Sequence record: NC_106721.1
Reading direction: 5' to 3' (one strand)
DNA length: 64,000 bases
Source of the DNA: Escherichia phage EC148
Of the stretch, positions 1-8,890 are shown piece after piece (the first letter of the stretch is position 1; each line of letters begins with the position of its first letter). Below the pieces are notes generated by a model, which saw only the letters and a program-made list of their open reading frames with translations, searched no databases and was not told the DNA's origin. The position numbers and the translations under genes were made by a program.

Positions 1-537
1 TAATCAGCTTGCATCCAGAGATTACGAAGAGATCGAACATTGCCCAAATTCCAGAATTTCCACGGAACTACCTCTTCATTGGTTCCAGCATGGAATGTGT
101 TTGCAGAGTAGATAGTCATATCAAACTCTGGGCCATTACCATAATACAAAGCATTTTCGCCTAGAGCCAACTCCATAATATTTTGAGCCATAGAGAAGGC
201 AGCATAGTTTGAGCCAAATTTATTAGTGCAATGATGTTTACCATTTTGGAAGGCAATCAGTTTTGGATTACGTTCCTTCATAGCTTCCATAATGTGAATA
301 GCAGACGGGCTATTTTTAGCTTGATCCATCCAGAATGCTAGAGTAGATGCTGTAACTTTAGCACCAGAATTAAGCTGATCTTGTACATCCAAAGTAACAA
401 ATACTAGATCAGGGTCTTTATCAATTCCATGCATAGCCACAAAAGCGAAAGAAGGCATTGCGATATGAGTAGTACCACAATCTCCTGGAGTTCCCAGAGA
501 TTCAATATCTAGCATACCAAATGGTTTTACTTTCATA
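1..537 (-). CDS. DEDD-family 3'-5' exonuclease (DnaQ-like), C-terminus cut by window edge
   Basis: ORF runs off the left edge; ATG at 537. My hand translation gives MKVKPFGMLDIESLGTPGD with a DxE (DIE) Exo I-like motif and a later YYGNGPEFD segment. Fold assignment is by motif only. Confidence 0.5.
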
Positions 538-564
538 AGTTATCCTTTATTGTGTAGAAAACTA

Positions 565-801
565 TTAAAGAGCTGTCTCTTTAATAGACTCCCACTTCTT
601 GGGGTCTTTAAAACCAGGGAGCATATCCTCACTGACATCCCAGTTCTCTTCCATAGAGAAGTCGGGCCATTCATCCCAACTACCTTCCAACTCTTCATAA
701 CAGGTATCCATTACCTCATGACTAGAAAGTCGTGTATAATCCCTAGCTGACTTATGGGTGGTAGCACGGTTAAAATCATTCTTTGCCACAAAATTACGCA
801 T
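565..801 (-). CDS. hypothetical acidic protein (78 aa)
   Basis: ORF track; GGAG-type RBS upstream; sits in a co-directional early operon. Confidence 0.45.
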   Translation of the reverse strand: MRNFVAKNDFNRATTHKSARDYTRLSSHEVMDTCYEELEGSWDEWPDFSMEENWDVSEDMLPGFKDPKKWESIKETAL

Positions 802-802
802 A

Positions 803-833
803 GTTTCTCCAAATAAGAGGGGCTTTCGCCCCC
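803..833 (-). terminator. intercistronic GAAA-tetraloop hairpin plus U-rich tract (attenuator or processing site)
   Basis: Minus-strand RNA GGGGGC-GAAA-GCCCC then CUUAUUUGG. Confidence 0.4.
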
Positions 834-842
834 TGATTTAAA

Positions 843-1058
843 TCACTTGCCCAGCAGTTTAAGGATATTTTCCATAATAGTTTGGGCAGATTTTTCACTC
901 TTGTTGGTTTCAGCCAACTTTAAAGCGAGTTCTTCCTGCTGTTTCTGAATATCAGCTGCGATTTTTTGATCAGCCTCAATACGAGCTTGAAGCTCATCAG
1001 TGATAGTGGTAAAGGAAGCAACGATTTCAGTAACAGAACGTGGTTTCTTAGAGAACAT
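843..1058 (-). CDS. hypothetical coiled-coil protein (71 aa)
   Basis: ORF track; followed on the minus strand by a GAAA-tetraloop hairpin. Confidence 0.45.
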   Translation of the reverse strand: MFSKKPRSVTEIVASFTTITDELQARIEADQKIAADIQKQQEELALKLAETNKSEKSAQTIMENILKLLGK

Positions 1059-1122
1059 AAAAAATATCCTTGATTAGTTAGAGAATTAGTGGATTGTAGG
1101 GGCTTCTGCCCCTATTTATCTA

Positions 1123-1638
1123 TTACTTCGCTTTACGCTTGCGAGCTGGTTTAGCAGATTTACGAGCAGAATCACCAGTGAACTTAATGCCTACACCGTA
1201 ACACAGAGCGCGAACATTATCTTTACTATACTCTACGCCAAAGATATTTGGCTTAACAGAACCAAACTGTCCACGAGTATCGCGCAATACATCTGCTGTT
1301 GGTTTACGCTTCTGGTTAACTGCCTTCTCGTAGTCTTTCATAGACATACCATTACGAGAGAACAATTCAGCCCCAGCGTTGAAACTCAAAGATACTGGGA
1401 CAGATTTGTGGCCGTAATTTTCTACATACATAACCATTTTGTAGGATTTACGGGTGGCATTTTTAGCTTTAGGCTTCTTACGAATCGGAGCCGGATTATT
1501 CAATGCTTGCGCAGCCTGAGCATCGGTAGGATGCTTACGCAGGTGACGTTCCAGACGAGCTTTGCGATTAGCCTCGGTCTGCGGGAAAGTTTTAACTGCC
1601 GGGGCTGCTTGAGTTTTTGCGTTTTTCTGCTTAGCCAT
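1123..1638 (-). CDS. hypothetical Lys/Arg-rich protein (171 aa), possible nucleic-acid binding
   Basis: ORF track; basic N- and C-terminal tails; T5-type early promoter directly upstream (1677-1705). Confidence 0.55.
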   Translation of the reverse strand: MAKQKNAKTQAAPAVKTFPQTEANRKARLERHLRKHPTDAQAAQALNNPAPIRKKPKAKNATRKSYKMVMYVENYGHKSVPVSLSFNAGAELFSRNGMSMKDYEKAVNQKRKPTADVLRDTRGQFGSVKPNIFGVEYSKDNVRALCYGVGIKFTGDSARKSAKPARKRKAK

Positions 1639-1676
1639 TATTTGTTTTCCTTTTTGTTTATCAATTTATGAAGTAT

Positions 1677-1705
1677 ATTATACGAGAATTTGAAGCGTTT
1701 AGCAA
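1677..1705 (-). promoter_or_regulatory. T5-type early promoter (TTGCTA-17-TATAAT)
   Basis: On the minus strand: -35 TTGCTA, 17-nt spacer, -10 TATAAT, then CATAAATTGATAA initial region. Confidence 0.65.
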
Positions 1706-1713
1706 ATGAATTT

Positions 1714-2163
1714 TTAATTTATTAACTGTAAGCTTCTTTTAATTTCAGACCTTACTTGCATCAAAAGGACTCCTAAAGTATTATCCCCGATGCCTCGGCA
1801 AACACCCCAATATGTATCTCCCCAGGTATTTCCTTCGATCAAAGTTGCATTTTCTGTTGCTAACAGTTTATCTCTTAAATCAGGAATTGCAAACTTTAAT
1901 CGTAAAAGCTCTAGCATTACATCATCTTTTACTTTATCCCAGTCAGAGCGTAGGGTTAATTTACGTCCTCTACGTTTAGCAACTCCTGCATTTAGGGAGC
2001 GGAGTACATGAGCTACATCATCTTTTTGGTCGGATTTCATAGCCTGAAAAGCATGTTCTACAGTATCAGCATGCCATATCTCATTTAGATATTCGAAAGT
2101 AATTGGTGATAAATAAAAGTTAGATAAGAAACTATAAGTACCTTTAAATTCAGTAATCTTCAT
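1714..2163 (-). CDS. NADAR-domain protein (YbiA-like, DUF1768)
   Basis: Motifs FLSNFYLSP, VEHAFQAMKS and GNTWGDTYWGVCRGIGDNTLGVLLMQVR line up with my recollection of E. coli YbiA (FSNF, SEHYFQAQKF, ENDAYWGDGG...LGYLLMELR). Confidence 0.8.
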   Translation of the reverse strand: MKITEFKGTYSFLSNFYLSPITFEYLNEIWHADTVEHAFQAMKSDQKDDVAHVLRSLNAGVAKRRGRKLTLRSDWDKVKDDVMLELLRLKFAIPDLRDKLLATENATLIEGNTWGDTYWGVCRGIGDNTLGVLLMQVRSEIKRSLQLIN

Positions 2164-2444
2164 TTTTTACGCCCCGCATCTTTAGCCTCCTCGGCTGTAT
2201 AGATATACTGATAAGCCCCTTTGGAGTAGGCTGGAGCAGTACACATTTTCTTACGCTCAATCTCTTCTTGAGCTTTTCTTTCGCGTTCCGCTAATTCTTC
2301 GTCCAAATAAACTAAACGTTGTTCTGGAGGAGGTGGAAGACGTGTTTCTGGCTCGCCAATATTAGCCTTTCTTATTTGACGAGGTGATTGTGCACGTTTT
2401 CTCAATGGTTTAAATCCTAATGAATTTGAGTTATAGATCCGCAT
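2160..2444 (-). CDS. hypothetical protein (94 aa)
   Basis: ORF track; ATGA overlap with the downstream gene; T5-type promoter upstream (2472-2500). Confidence 0.5.
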   Translation of the reverse strand: MRIYNSNSLGFKPLRKRAQSPRQIRKANIGEPETRLPPPPEQRLVYLDEELAERERKAQEEIERKKMCTAPAYSKGAYQYIYTAEEAKDAGRKK

Positions 2445-2471
2445 AAAGCCCTCCTCACTTTCAATACGAAT

Positions 2472-2500
2472 ATTATACTAAATTATAGGGCTTTAAGCAA
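2472..2500 (-). promoter_or_regulatory. T5-type early promoter (TTGCTT-17-TATAAT)
   Basis: Minus strand; hexamers and spacing read directly. Confidence 0.6.
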
Positions 2501-2521
2501 GAGAATTTTTTAATTTATTTA

Positions 2522-2998
2522 TCACATCTCAGCCATTTCAGCTTCAGTAATAACTGTATTACATAAGGCGTCTACAGCCTCATTACCACTAATACCAGAA
2601 TGTCCTTTAACCTTAATAAAGGTAGGGTTAGTATTATGAAAGTTGATATACTGCTGTGTTAATTTAAATGCTTCCTGCCAAAGTTCTAGATTAAGAGGAA
2701 CTTCACCATCTGCTTTCTTCCAGCCTTTCCTTTGCCAAGAAAACATCCAACTTTCCATGCCATTTTTGCAATAAGCAGAGTCAGTATAGATAGCAATTGG
2801 TCTATTATCTTTTTTAACAGACCAACGTAGGGCTTCTACGATAGCTGTGAGTTCCATCTCATTATTTGTAGTTTTAGGATTATAACCAGATTTAGAACCT
2901 AAACGATCGTCGTTATCATCATAGACAATAAAACCCCAAGCACCTGGACCTGGATTAGACTTACAAGCACCATCTGTGTAAATGTGGAAAACCGACAT
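2522..2998 (-). CDS. rnhA: ribonuclease H (RNase HI type)
   Basis: Motifs TDGAC, ELTA, YTDS and VKGHSG...NEAVDALC. Start moved to the ATG at 2998..2996 (GGGAGG RBS, TAATG overlap with the upstream gene) instead of the TTG at 3010. Confidence 0.85.
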   Translation of the reverse strand: MSVFHIYTDGACKSNPGPGAWGFIVYDDNDDRLGSKSGYNPKTTNNEMELTAIVEALRWSVKKDNRPIAIYTDSAYCKNGMESWMFSWQRKGWKKADGEVPLNLELWQEAFKLTQQYINFHNTNPTFIKVKGHSGISGNEAVDALCNTVITEAEMAEM

Positions 2999-3279
2999 TA
3001 TACCTCCCAACTAATTTTAAGACCCATGTCTACAAAGGCGGCTTCTCGGTAGTATTGAGAGAGATGATACCCCTTATCCGATAAGGTTTTTAGTACCGAT
3101 TTAGCGGCTCCTGGCATTTCTCTAGGATTATATAGCCACCTAGCGTAAGGATTATCTCGAATAATTACTTCTGTATTTCCAGACTTAGCAGCTTCTACAA
3201 TCTTTTCTTCTATAAACTTTAGAAAAGCGGGTACTTCTGTTAATCCTGCAAGTTCTTGGGCTTCTTTGGCTGAAATCAT
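2998..3279 (-). CDS. hypothetical protein (93 aa)
   Basis: ORF track; translationally coupled to neighbours. Confidence 0.5.
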   Translation of the reverse strand: MISAKEAQELAGLTEVPAFLKFIEEKIVEAAKSGNTEVIIRDNPYARWLYNPREMPGAAKSVLKTLSDKGYHLSQYYREAAFVDMGLKISWEV

Positions 3280-3479
3280 GGCTTTTCACCTTCTGCTACA
3301 CTTCTGGTTTTTGGTGGGATGGGAGGGTTAGGTTTTATAGCCGCTAATTCCCTATCTAAGAATTCCTCTATTGCTCTATCTACAAAGTAGTCATAGGGTA
3401 AATGATAATGTTCTGATAGAGTAAGAAGTTTGTGCTCTTGGCTTTCTGTTAAATAAACTTTCTTTCTAAAGAGTCCCAT
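3276..3479 (-). CDS. hypothetical protein (67 aa)
   Basis: ORF track; a 34-bp perfect palindrome lies immediately upstream. Confidence 0.45.
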   Translation of the reverse strand: MGLFRKKVYLTESQEHKLLTLSEHYHLPYDYFVDRAIEEFLDRELAAIKPNPPIPPKTRSVAEGEKP

Positions 3480-3504
3480 ATGTGTATCTCCAATCTATAA
3501 AATA

Positions 3505-3538
3505 TATTATATTTAAATTTCGAAATTTAAATATAATA
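3505..3538. repeat. 34-bp perfect palindrome
   Basis: TATTATATTTAAATTTCGAAATTTAAATATAATA equals its own reverse complement; centre between 3521 and 3522. Confidence 0.9.
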
Positions 3539-3552
3539 GCCCCGAAGGGCTA
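3525..3552 (-). terminator. intrinsic terminator after thyA
   Basis: Minus-strand hairpin UAGCCC-UUCG-GGGCUA followed by an A/U-rich run. Confidence 0.5.
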
Positions 3553-3558
3553 TTTAAA

Positions 3559-4413
3559 TTACACAGTGAATGGATATGCAATAGCAGGATGGTGTTCGTA
3601 ACCACGAACAGTAAAATCATCCTTATTTACCCAGGTCAATACATCCTCCAGAGTTCGGATATTTGGATTGATTTCTAGAGTAGGAGGTGCAAAGGGTTCA
3701 CGATCAAATTGCTTATGCTCCATCAAAACATTATACTGATCCTCATAGATATGAAGATTGATAATCTTCTGGCGTGCAATCCCTGGTTTAAGGCCTGTAA
3801 TCTGTGCCATTAATGCTAGAAGCGTATAGCACTGAACCATGTTAAATACTTGGCCTAACAGGAAGTCATTAGATCTCTGGAAAGAGTTCAGATATAATGT
3901 ATCTCCCAAAATAGAGAACTGATGAGTATGCATACATGGACGTAAGCAACCCTTTGAGAACTCCCCCGGATTCCAGAAGGTTAGAATTTCCCCACGATCA
4001 TCAATGCCCTTTTTCAGATTATGATAAATCTTGGCTAGTTGGTCAAACATAAGACCATCGGAATTAGTCCACTGACGTCCTTGAACACCATAGACTCGTC
4101 CCATATCATCCTCACCTTTACGGTATGGATTGTCTAGCCAAGCTAAGTTTTCATTTGCATTAGCATTCCATGTGTTAACACCAATAGCGCGGAATTGTGC
4201 TGCTGAATCATACCCACGTAGATACCCAATCATTTCCATTATTGCTTGTTTTGCAAACGCCTTACGAGTAGTAATAAGTGGGAATTCACCTGCACCTACG
4301 TTAAAAGTAAAATCTGCATCAATAATGGTGAGGCAACGAACCCCTGTTCTGGGATTCGTTACCCACTGACCTTCTGATAGAATACGTTTTCCAACTTCTA
4401 TATACTGATCCAT
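3559..4413 (-). CDS. thyA: thymidylate synthase
   Basis: 284 aa; RPCMHTHQF active-site region and [13 protein letters not shown] motif match the ThyA family. Confidence 0.9.
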   Translation of the reverse strand: MDQYIEVGKRILSEGQWVTNPRTGVRCLTIIDADFTFNVGAGEFPLITTRKAFAKQAIMEMIGYLRGYDSAAQFRAIGVNTWNANANENLAWLDNPYRKGEDDMGRVYGVQGRQWTNSDGLMFDQLAKIYHNLKKGIDDRGEILTFWNPGEFSKGCLRPCMHTHQFSILGDTLYLNSFQRSNDFLLGQVFNMVQCYTLLALMAQITGLKPGIARQKIINLHIYEDQYNVLMEHKQFDREPFAPPTLEINPNIRTLEDVLTWVNKDDFTVRGYEHHPAIAYPFTV

Positions 4414-4946
4414 TAATAAGTAACCAATTCCTGTACAAATCGCAGGCTGTTATCACTGTTTGCGCCAGTTGCGTAAACTAAACGAGTAGATTCATAGTTG
4501 TAATCTAGAATCGTATTATCCAGATATACATCTGCCTCTAGTTTTTGATTACTAAAGATTGTGGATACAAAAGCACTTTCAATATGACCATATTGATACA
4601 TTTCTAGAAGAAGGTTAGCACCACCTAGAACTACTGTCTGCTGATCTTTCAGAAATGTAGGTAAAGCATCCCCAATCTTAGAAATTGGGGTGTAAATATC
4701 ATGTGTAATATCATCTGGCAGTGGACGATCAGCACGAATAAATAGGTCAGAAGCTCCAATCATACGTTCTCTAACGGCGTATGGAAGAGCTAAATAAGTA
4801 CCCGCACCAATGATGATGTTATCTGGATTCAACACGTCCAGTTGAGAATAGAAAGCATCTAGTTCTTCTTTGAAGGAACCCCATGGAAGTTTACCGCGGA
4901 GGCCGAACTCCCCATTCGGCCCAACTGCATACATTGCTGTAATCAT
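4413..4946 (-). CDS. dihydrofolate reductase
   Basis: 177 aa; N-terminal GxxGxLPW and internal VVLGGANLL resemble DHFR; sits next to thyA as in T-odd and T-even phages. Confidence 0.75.
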   Translation of the reverse strand: MITAMYAVGPNGEFGLRGKLPWGSFKEELDAFYSQLDVLNPDNIIIGAGTYLALPYAVRERMIGASDLFIRADRPLPDDITHDIYTPISKIGDALPTFLKDQQTVVLGGANLLLEMYQYGHIESAFVSTIFSNQKLEADVYLDNTILDYNYESTRLVYATGANSDNSLRFVQELVTY

Positions 4947-6088
4947 AAGAAATCTCCAAATTCATTACCCAGATCTTTCAGAGTATCAGTAGAGGTCTCA
5001 GTTACCTGACCTACACGGTAGGCTGCACCAATCTGGATTTCTTGTGGAGCAGGCTGTAGAGAAGTAGTATCCAACCAGTTCATAATCCACGGAATAGGGT
5101 TTTTGGTGATTACTGGTAAATGACTAGGCCATTCTACACCGATGTGCATAAATGCATTACGTCCCACAAAATACAGATATTCTTCTAGAAGTTCTGCATT
5201 CAAGCCAATCAGACTACGACCTTTGAAAATGAAATGACCCCATTCAATTTCAGTTTTCAGAGTTTTCAGGAGCTGTGCTGGTGCTTTAGCCACTGCTTCA
5301 TCTACCAGATCTTTGTCAAATTGCTGAAACATAATCTGGATGATTGCTTTGGACATCTGAGTGTGCAGAGCTTCATCTTTAGCGATTAATTGCAGATTTT
5401 TAGCAATACCTTGCAGAATATCGTTCTCTGCTAATGCAAAGGTACATGCAAAGGATGCGTAAAACTGCATTGCTTCCAGACCATAGATCGCAAAGTAAGC
5501 GTCTAATAGTTTAGCCTGAGTTTCACGTTTAACTTCAGGGAACTCAGTTTCTGGATATGTATTGTCGCCACGATGATCGCGTACTGCGATGAAATACTGA
5601 CCTAACTGGTACAGTTCATCGAATAGTTCAACAGAATCAGCGATGCGCGCGAATGCTTCTTGGTTTTTGGTTACAGAATCAATAAATTCTGCTGGATCAG
5701 TCAGCACATTACGAATAATATTGCTATAAGCACGACTATGCAGGTCTTCAAAATAGCTCCACTGTTTGAGCATACCTTCCAATTCTGGACGACTTACAAG
5801 CGGCATAATAGCTGCTTCAGGGGCACGACTGATAAAGGAATCAGTTTGAGTTTGCCATGCTAAGTTCAGGAGTGTAATTTCCTGAATTTCTCGTGGGAGA
5901 TTAGGCCATTGTTTCTTATCTGCTTCCAGACTGATTTCAGTTTCAGTCCAAAATTGAGAGCGCTGCAGAAGTGCCAGACGTTCTAGTTCTGGATGTGCTA
6001 CACGTACATAATCTGCGATACCGAGAGAATCTCCCAGGAAAAGGTCGGCGTTAGTATGATCCCAATTCAGGTTTAGTAAAGTAGTCAT
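4943..6088 (-). CDS. nrdB: ribonucleotide reductase class Ia beta subunit
   Basis: 381 aa directly downstream of nrdA; ferritin-like length and position; T5-type promoter and terminator in the nrdA-nrdB spacer. Confidence 0.8.
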   Translation of the reverse strand: MTTLLNLNWDHTNADLFLGDSLGIADYVRVAHPELERLALLQRSQFWTETEISLEADKKQWPNLPREIQEITLLNLAWQTQTDSFISRAPEAAIMPLVSRPELEGMLKQWSYFEDLHSRAYSNIIRNVLTDPAEFIDSVTKNQEAFARIADSVELFDELYQLGQYFIAVRDHRGDNTYPETEFPEVKRETQAKLLDAYFAIYGLEAMQFYASFACTFALAENDILQGIAKNLQLIAKDEALHTQMSKAIIQIMFQQFDKDLVDEAVAKAPAQLLKTLKTEIEWGHFIFKGRSLIGLNAELLEEYLYFVGRNAFMHIGVEWPSHLPVITKNPIPWIMNWLDTTSLQPAPQEIQIGAAYRVGQVTETSTDTLKDLGNEFGDFL

Positions 6089-6119
6089 TGATTTTCCTCT
6101 TTCTCACTATTTCAGGAAT

Positions 6120-6148
6120 ATTATAGCAAATCTGGTAGCGATTAGCAA
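6120..6148 (-). promoter_or_regulatory. T5-type early promoter upstream of nrdB (TTGCTA-17-TATAAT)
   Basis: Minus strand; sits just after the nrdA terminator. Confidence 0.65.
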
Positions 6149-6154
6149 GTAAAA

Positions 6155-6187
6155 TTTCAAAGAAAAAGGAGACCCGAAGATCTCCTT
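6155..6187 (-). terminator. intrinsic terminator after nrdA
   Basis: Minus-strand hairpin AAGGAGAUC-UUCG-GGUCUCCUU followed by UUUUCUUUG. Confidence 0.7.
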
Positions 6188-6194
6188 GTTTTTA

Positions 6195-8525
6195 TTAAAT
6201 AGTACAACCGCCTGATGCACAACCAGCTGCTTCTTCTCCAGCACCACCACCATTTGCGGTGTTGAAGTTAGCATAATACCAAGTTTTCCACCCGTATTTA
6301 ACAGCAGTCATGAAATCACGAACTACTACTGGGCCAGGAATAATTTCATTCTCAAACTTGGTGTAGTCGTAGTACATATTAGTACTAACAGACTGGCTGA
6401 AGAATTTCTGCATAGTTGCTACCCATTTGATCCACTCGATACGATCTACATCATAAGCCAATTTATAGCTCATTAACGTTTCCCAATCGGTTGCACCTGG
6501 AGCAATTGCAATTACTTTATTTACTGCACTACCCTTGATAGATACAATCTTACGAGGTGGTTCGATAGAGTTAGTAACACCTAACAGAACAGAAGAACTT
6601 TCTCCCGGCATCTGAGCAGTCAGAACAGAGTTACGCATACCATATTTCAGAATATCTGCACGCAGAGACTCCCAGTCCATTTCTAGACCTACGGATACCA
6701 GCTCATCAACAGTTTTCTTGTACGTGTCGATTACCAGAATTCCTTTAGATGGTTTAGTACGATCAAACCACTCACATGCACCCTGTTCCTTAGCCAGGCG
6801 TACAGAGGCTTTATGCAGGAAGTAAGACAGTTTTTCAGCCTCACGGTGGATCCAGTTACGAGCTTCAATACCTTCGTAAGCCAGACCTTCTGCTGCCATT
6901 GCACCTGCTGCGTTCATTAGGCCAATACCGACATTACGACGTTTCTTAGCCGTATATTCCATAGTTGGGAACGGATAATCCTGAATTTCAATAATTGTAT
7001 CAACGAATTTCAGAAGGATGTAGCAAGTTTTTTCCCACTCAGCCAGAGATTCCATGCGTCCAAGTACAACACCACCTAAGTTACACAGAGATACTTCACC
7101 AATATCCTCCGGCTTCATTTGATCAAGCTGCTCTTTTGTCTTGTACAGCTCTGTAATGTGATGGAACGGGCGTGTAGGCTGAGTAATTTCAACACAAAGG
7201 TTTGTCATACGGATCGGATCAAGGAAGTTACCGTGACGATTAGATTCCCCAATGTGGTGAGCATACATACGTCCTGTTTCCATTCGGATACGTAGCCAAG
7301 TATCTAGGATTTCTTTTGCAGAGACTTTAGGAGCTGCAGGAACTGTTTTTCCTTCGTGGTCGATCTTTGTAAGAGATGCCACACGTTTCTCCGCTGCCAC
7401 GTAGATTTCTTCAAATTTAGCCTCGTCATCACTATAAAACGCTTCATGAACTTCTGGAGCATAGAAGTATGACATTAGCGTAATATCTTCGTTTTTAAGA
7501 TAACGTTTTAACAAAAGATTGTTAAAGCTCAGAGAATAATCCATCTTATCGATTTTATTCTCATCTGTAGCACGTTGTTGCTTAACCTGCATCAATTGAA
7601 TGATTTCAGGGTCGAAGTATGGATAAGACACTGTAGCAGAACCACCACGAGTTTGCTGAGTATTGGCCTTTACTGAGCGGTCAATGTGTCGATAATACGG
7701 CAGTTTTCCGGAATGCGGGAATGCCCCATTTCGCACCGGATCAGCAATTGATCGGCTTTCAAGATGATACCCGATTCCCGCTCTGGCTGCGACCATTTTG
7801 AAGACGATGTGCTCGGCGGTGTCGATTGAATCCAACGTGTCAGTGGAATCCACGAGACAGCAACTAGCAAATCCACGGTCACTAGAGCGCAGACCAACCA
7901 GTGGCGGCGTAGGAACGTTGATTTTGTGGAGCGACATTGCGTTGTAGAGGTCGATTGCATCTAGAATTGTCCAGTTAGGTTGAGATAACATCGCCATTGC
8001 CATACCCATGTAGGCGAATTGCGGGGTTTCATAAATTTCACCAGTGGCTATATTACGACGGGAATACTTATCAAAGAACTGCTTCAGCCCACCACTAGTA
8101 AAAAGACGGTCACGATCATGGTCGATAACCTGATTCAGAGCTTCAAATTGCTCATCGGTAATCCATGCACTCATGTCTTCCCATGCACCTACGCTAACCA
8201 TGTGGTCATGGAAGAAGCGTAAAGAAGGTGGTTCGAAAGAGTCATAAAGGCGTTTACGCATTTGCGCAAGACGTAATTCCTTTGCTGGCACATCGTATGC
8301 TGGATTATCTTTAATAAGACTTTCAGCAGCTTTAATTAATGCATCCATCAGAGTGTCGGAATCTACAACCCCTTTAGGCAGAGTTTTTTGAGCAGCCATA
8401 GTAATGGCTGACCAGCTTACATCAACTGTTTTGCAACCATACTCTGCCCAACCATTGATTTTTTCAGGAGCAAAGTCTTCTACAGTACCGTCACGTTTAA
8501 TTACTTTTTCAATGCGATGGCTCAT
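6195..8525 (-). CDS. nrdA: ribonucleotide reductase class Ia alpha subunit
   Basis: NLCVEI active-site motif present. Start set at the ATG 8525..8523 (MSHRIEKVIKRDG, AAGGAAA RBS) rather than the ORF-track start at 8630. Confidence 0.9.
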   Translation of the reverse strand: MSHRIEKVIKRDGTVEDFAPEKINGWAEYGCKTVDVSWSAITMAAQKTLPKGVVDSDTLMDALIKAAESLIKDNPAYDVPAKELRLAQMRKRLYDSFEPPSLRFFHDHMVSVGAWEDMSAWITDEQFEALNQVIDHDRDRLFTSGGLKQFFDKYSRRNIATGEIYETPQFAYMGMAMAMLSQPNWTILDAIDLYNAMSLHKINVPTPPLVGLRSSDRGFASCCLVDSTDTLDSIDTAEHIVFKMVAARAGIGYHLESRSIADPVRNGAFPHSGKLPYYRHIDRSVKANTQQTRGGSATVSYPYFDPEIIQLMQVKQQRATDENKIDKMDYSLSFNNLLLKRYLKNEDITLMSYFYAPEVHEAFYSDDEAKFEEIYVAAEKRVASLTKIDHEGKTVPAAPKVSAKEILDTWLRIRMETGRMYAHHIGESNRHGNFLDPIRMTNLCVEITQPTRPFHHITELYKTKEQLDQMKPEDIGEVSLCNLGGVVLGRMESLAEWEKTCYILLKFVDTIIEIQDYPFPTMEYTAKKRRNVGIGLMNAAGAMAAEGLAYEGIEARNWIHREAEKLSYFLHKASVRLAKEQGACEWFDRTKPSKGILVIDTYKKTVDELVSVGLEMDWESLRADILKYGMRNSVLTAQMPGESSSVLLGVTNSIEPPRKIVSIKGSAVNKVIAIAPGATDWETLMSYKLAYDVDRIEWIKWVATMQKFFSQSVSTNMYYDYTKFENEIIPGPVVVRDFMTAVKYGWKTWYYANFNTANGGGAGEEAAGCASGGCTI

Positions 8526-8563
8526 TTGGCTTTCCTTTTTATAGTTATCAGGATTTAAGGAAT

Positions 8564-8592
8564 ATTCTACTTTATTATCGGTCATTAGGCAA
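8564..8592 (-). promoter_or_regulatory. sigma70-like promoter upstream of nrdA (TTGCCT-17-TAGAAT)
   Basis: Minus strand; follows a terminator hairpin. Confidence 0.5.
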
Positions 8593-8607
8593 ATAAAATT
8601 TTCTGAT

Positions 8608-8640
8608 AGAAAAGGCCCGAGTATTTTCATACCCAGGCCC
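8608..8640 (-). terminator. intrinsic terminator upstream of the nrdA promoter
   Basis: Minus-strand 11-bp stem with GAAA loop followed by UUUUCU. Confidence 0.6.
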
Positions 8641-8667
8641 TGTATATTACCAGTCTAGCTTTTTAGC

Positions 8668-8889
8668 TTATTCAATTACTTTAGTTCTAGCTACTTCTTT
8701 TAATAGAATATCTATGGAGGTGCTCAACTCGTTATAATTGAATGGTTTATTTGGATTTGAGGTTACAATTTTCCACGCTAGGGTTGTCTTAGGACTTTCT
8801 TCCCCTTCCTTACGTGTAATCATATTAGCAGCACTCAGTGAAGTACGATGTATTTTAGTTTTACGGCTCAGATGAACGACGTTTCCCAT
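8668..8889 (-). CDS. hypothetical protein (73 aa)
   Basis: Internal ATG at 8889..8887 sits 1 nt after the phoH stop. The longer ORF-track version would overlap phoH by 68 nt. Confidence 0.4.
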   Translation of the reverse strand: MGNVVHLSRKTKIHRTSLSAANMITRKEGEESPKTTLAWKIVTSNPNKPFNYNELSTSIDILLKEVARTKVIE

Positions 8890-8890
8890 A

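Noticed and set aside
7670-7960. 96-aa minus-strand ORF inside nrdA in another frame
   Set aside because: Fully nested in a conserved enzyme gene, with no independent start signals.
8526-8630. N-terminal extension of nrdA from the ORF-track start
   Set aside because: The internal ATG at 8525 has a proper RBS and gives a typical NrdA N-terminus; the extension would also run through the upstream promoter region.
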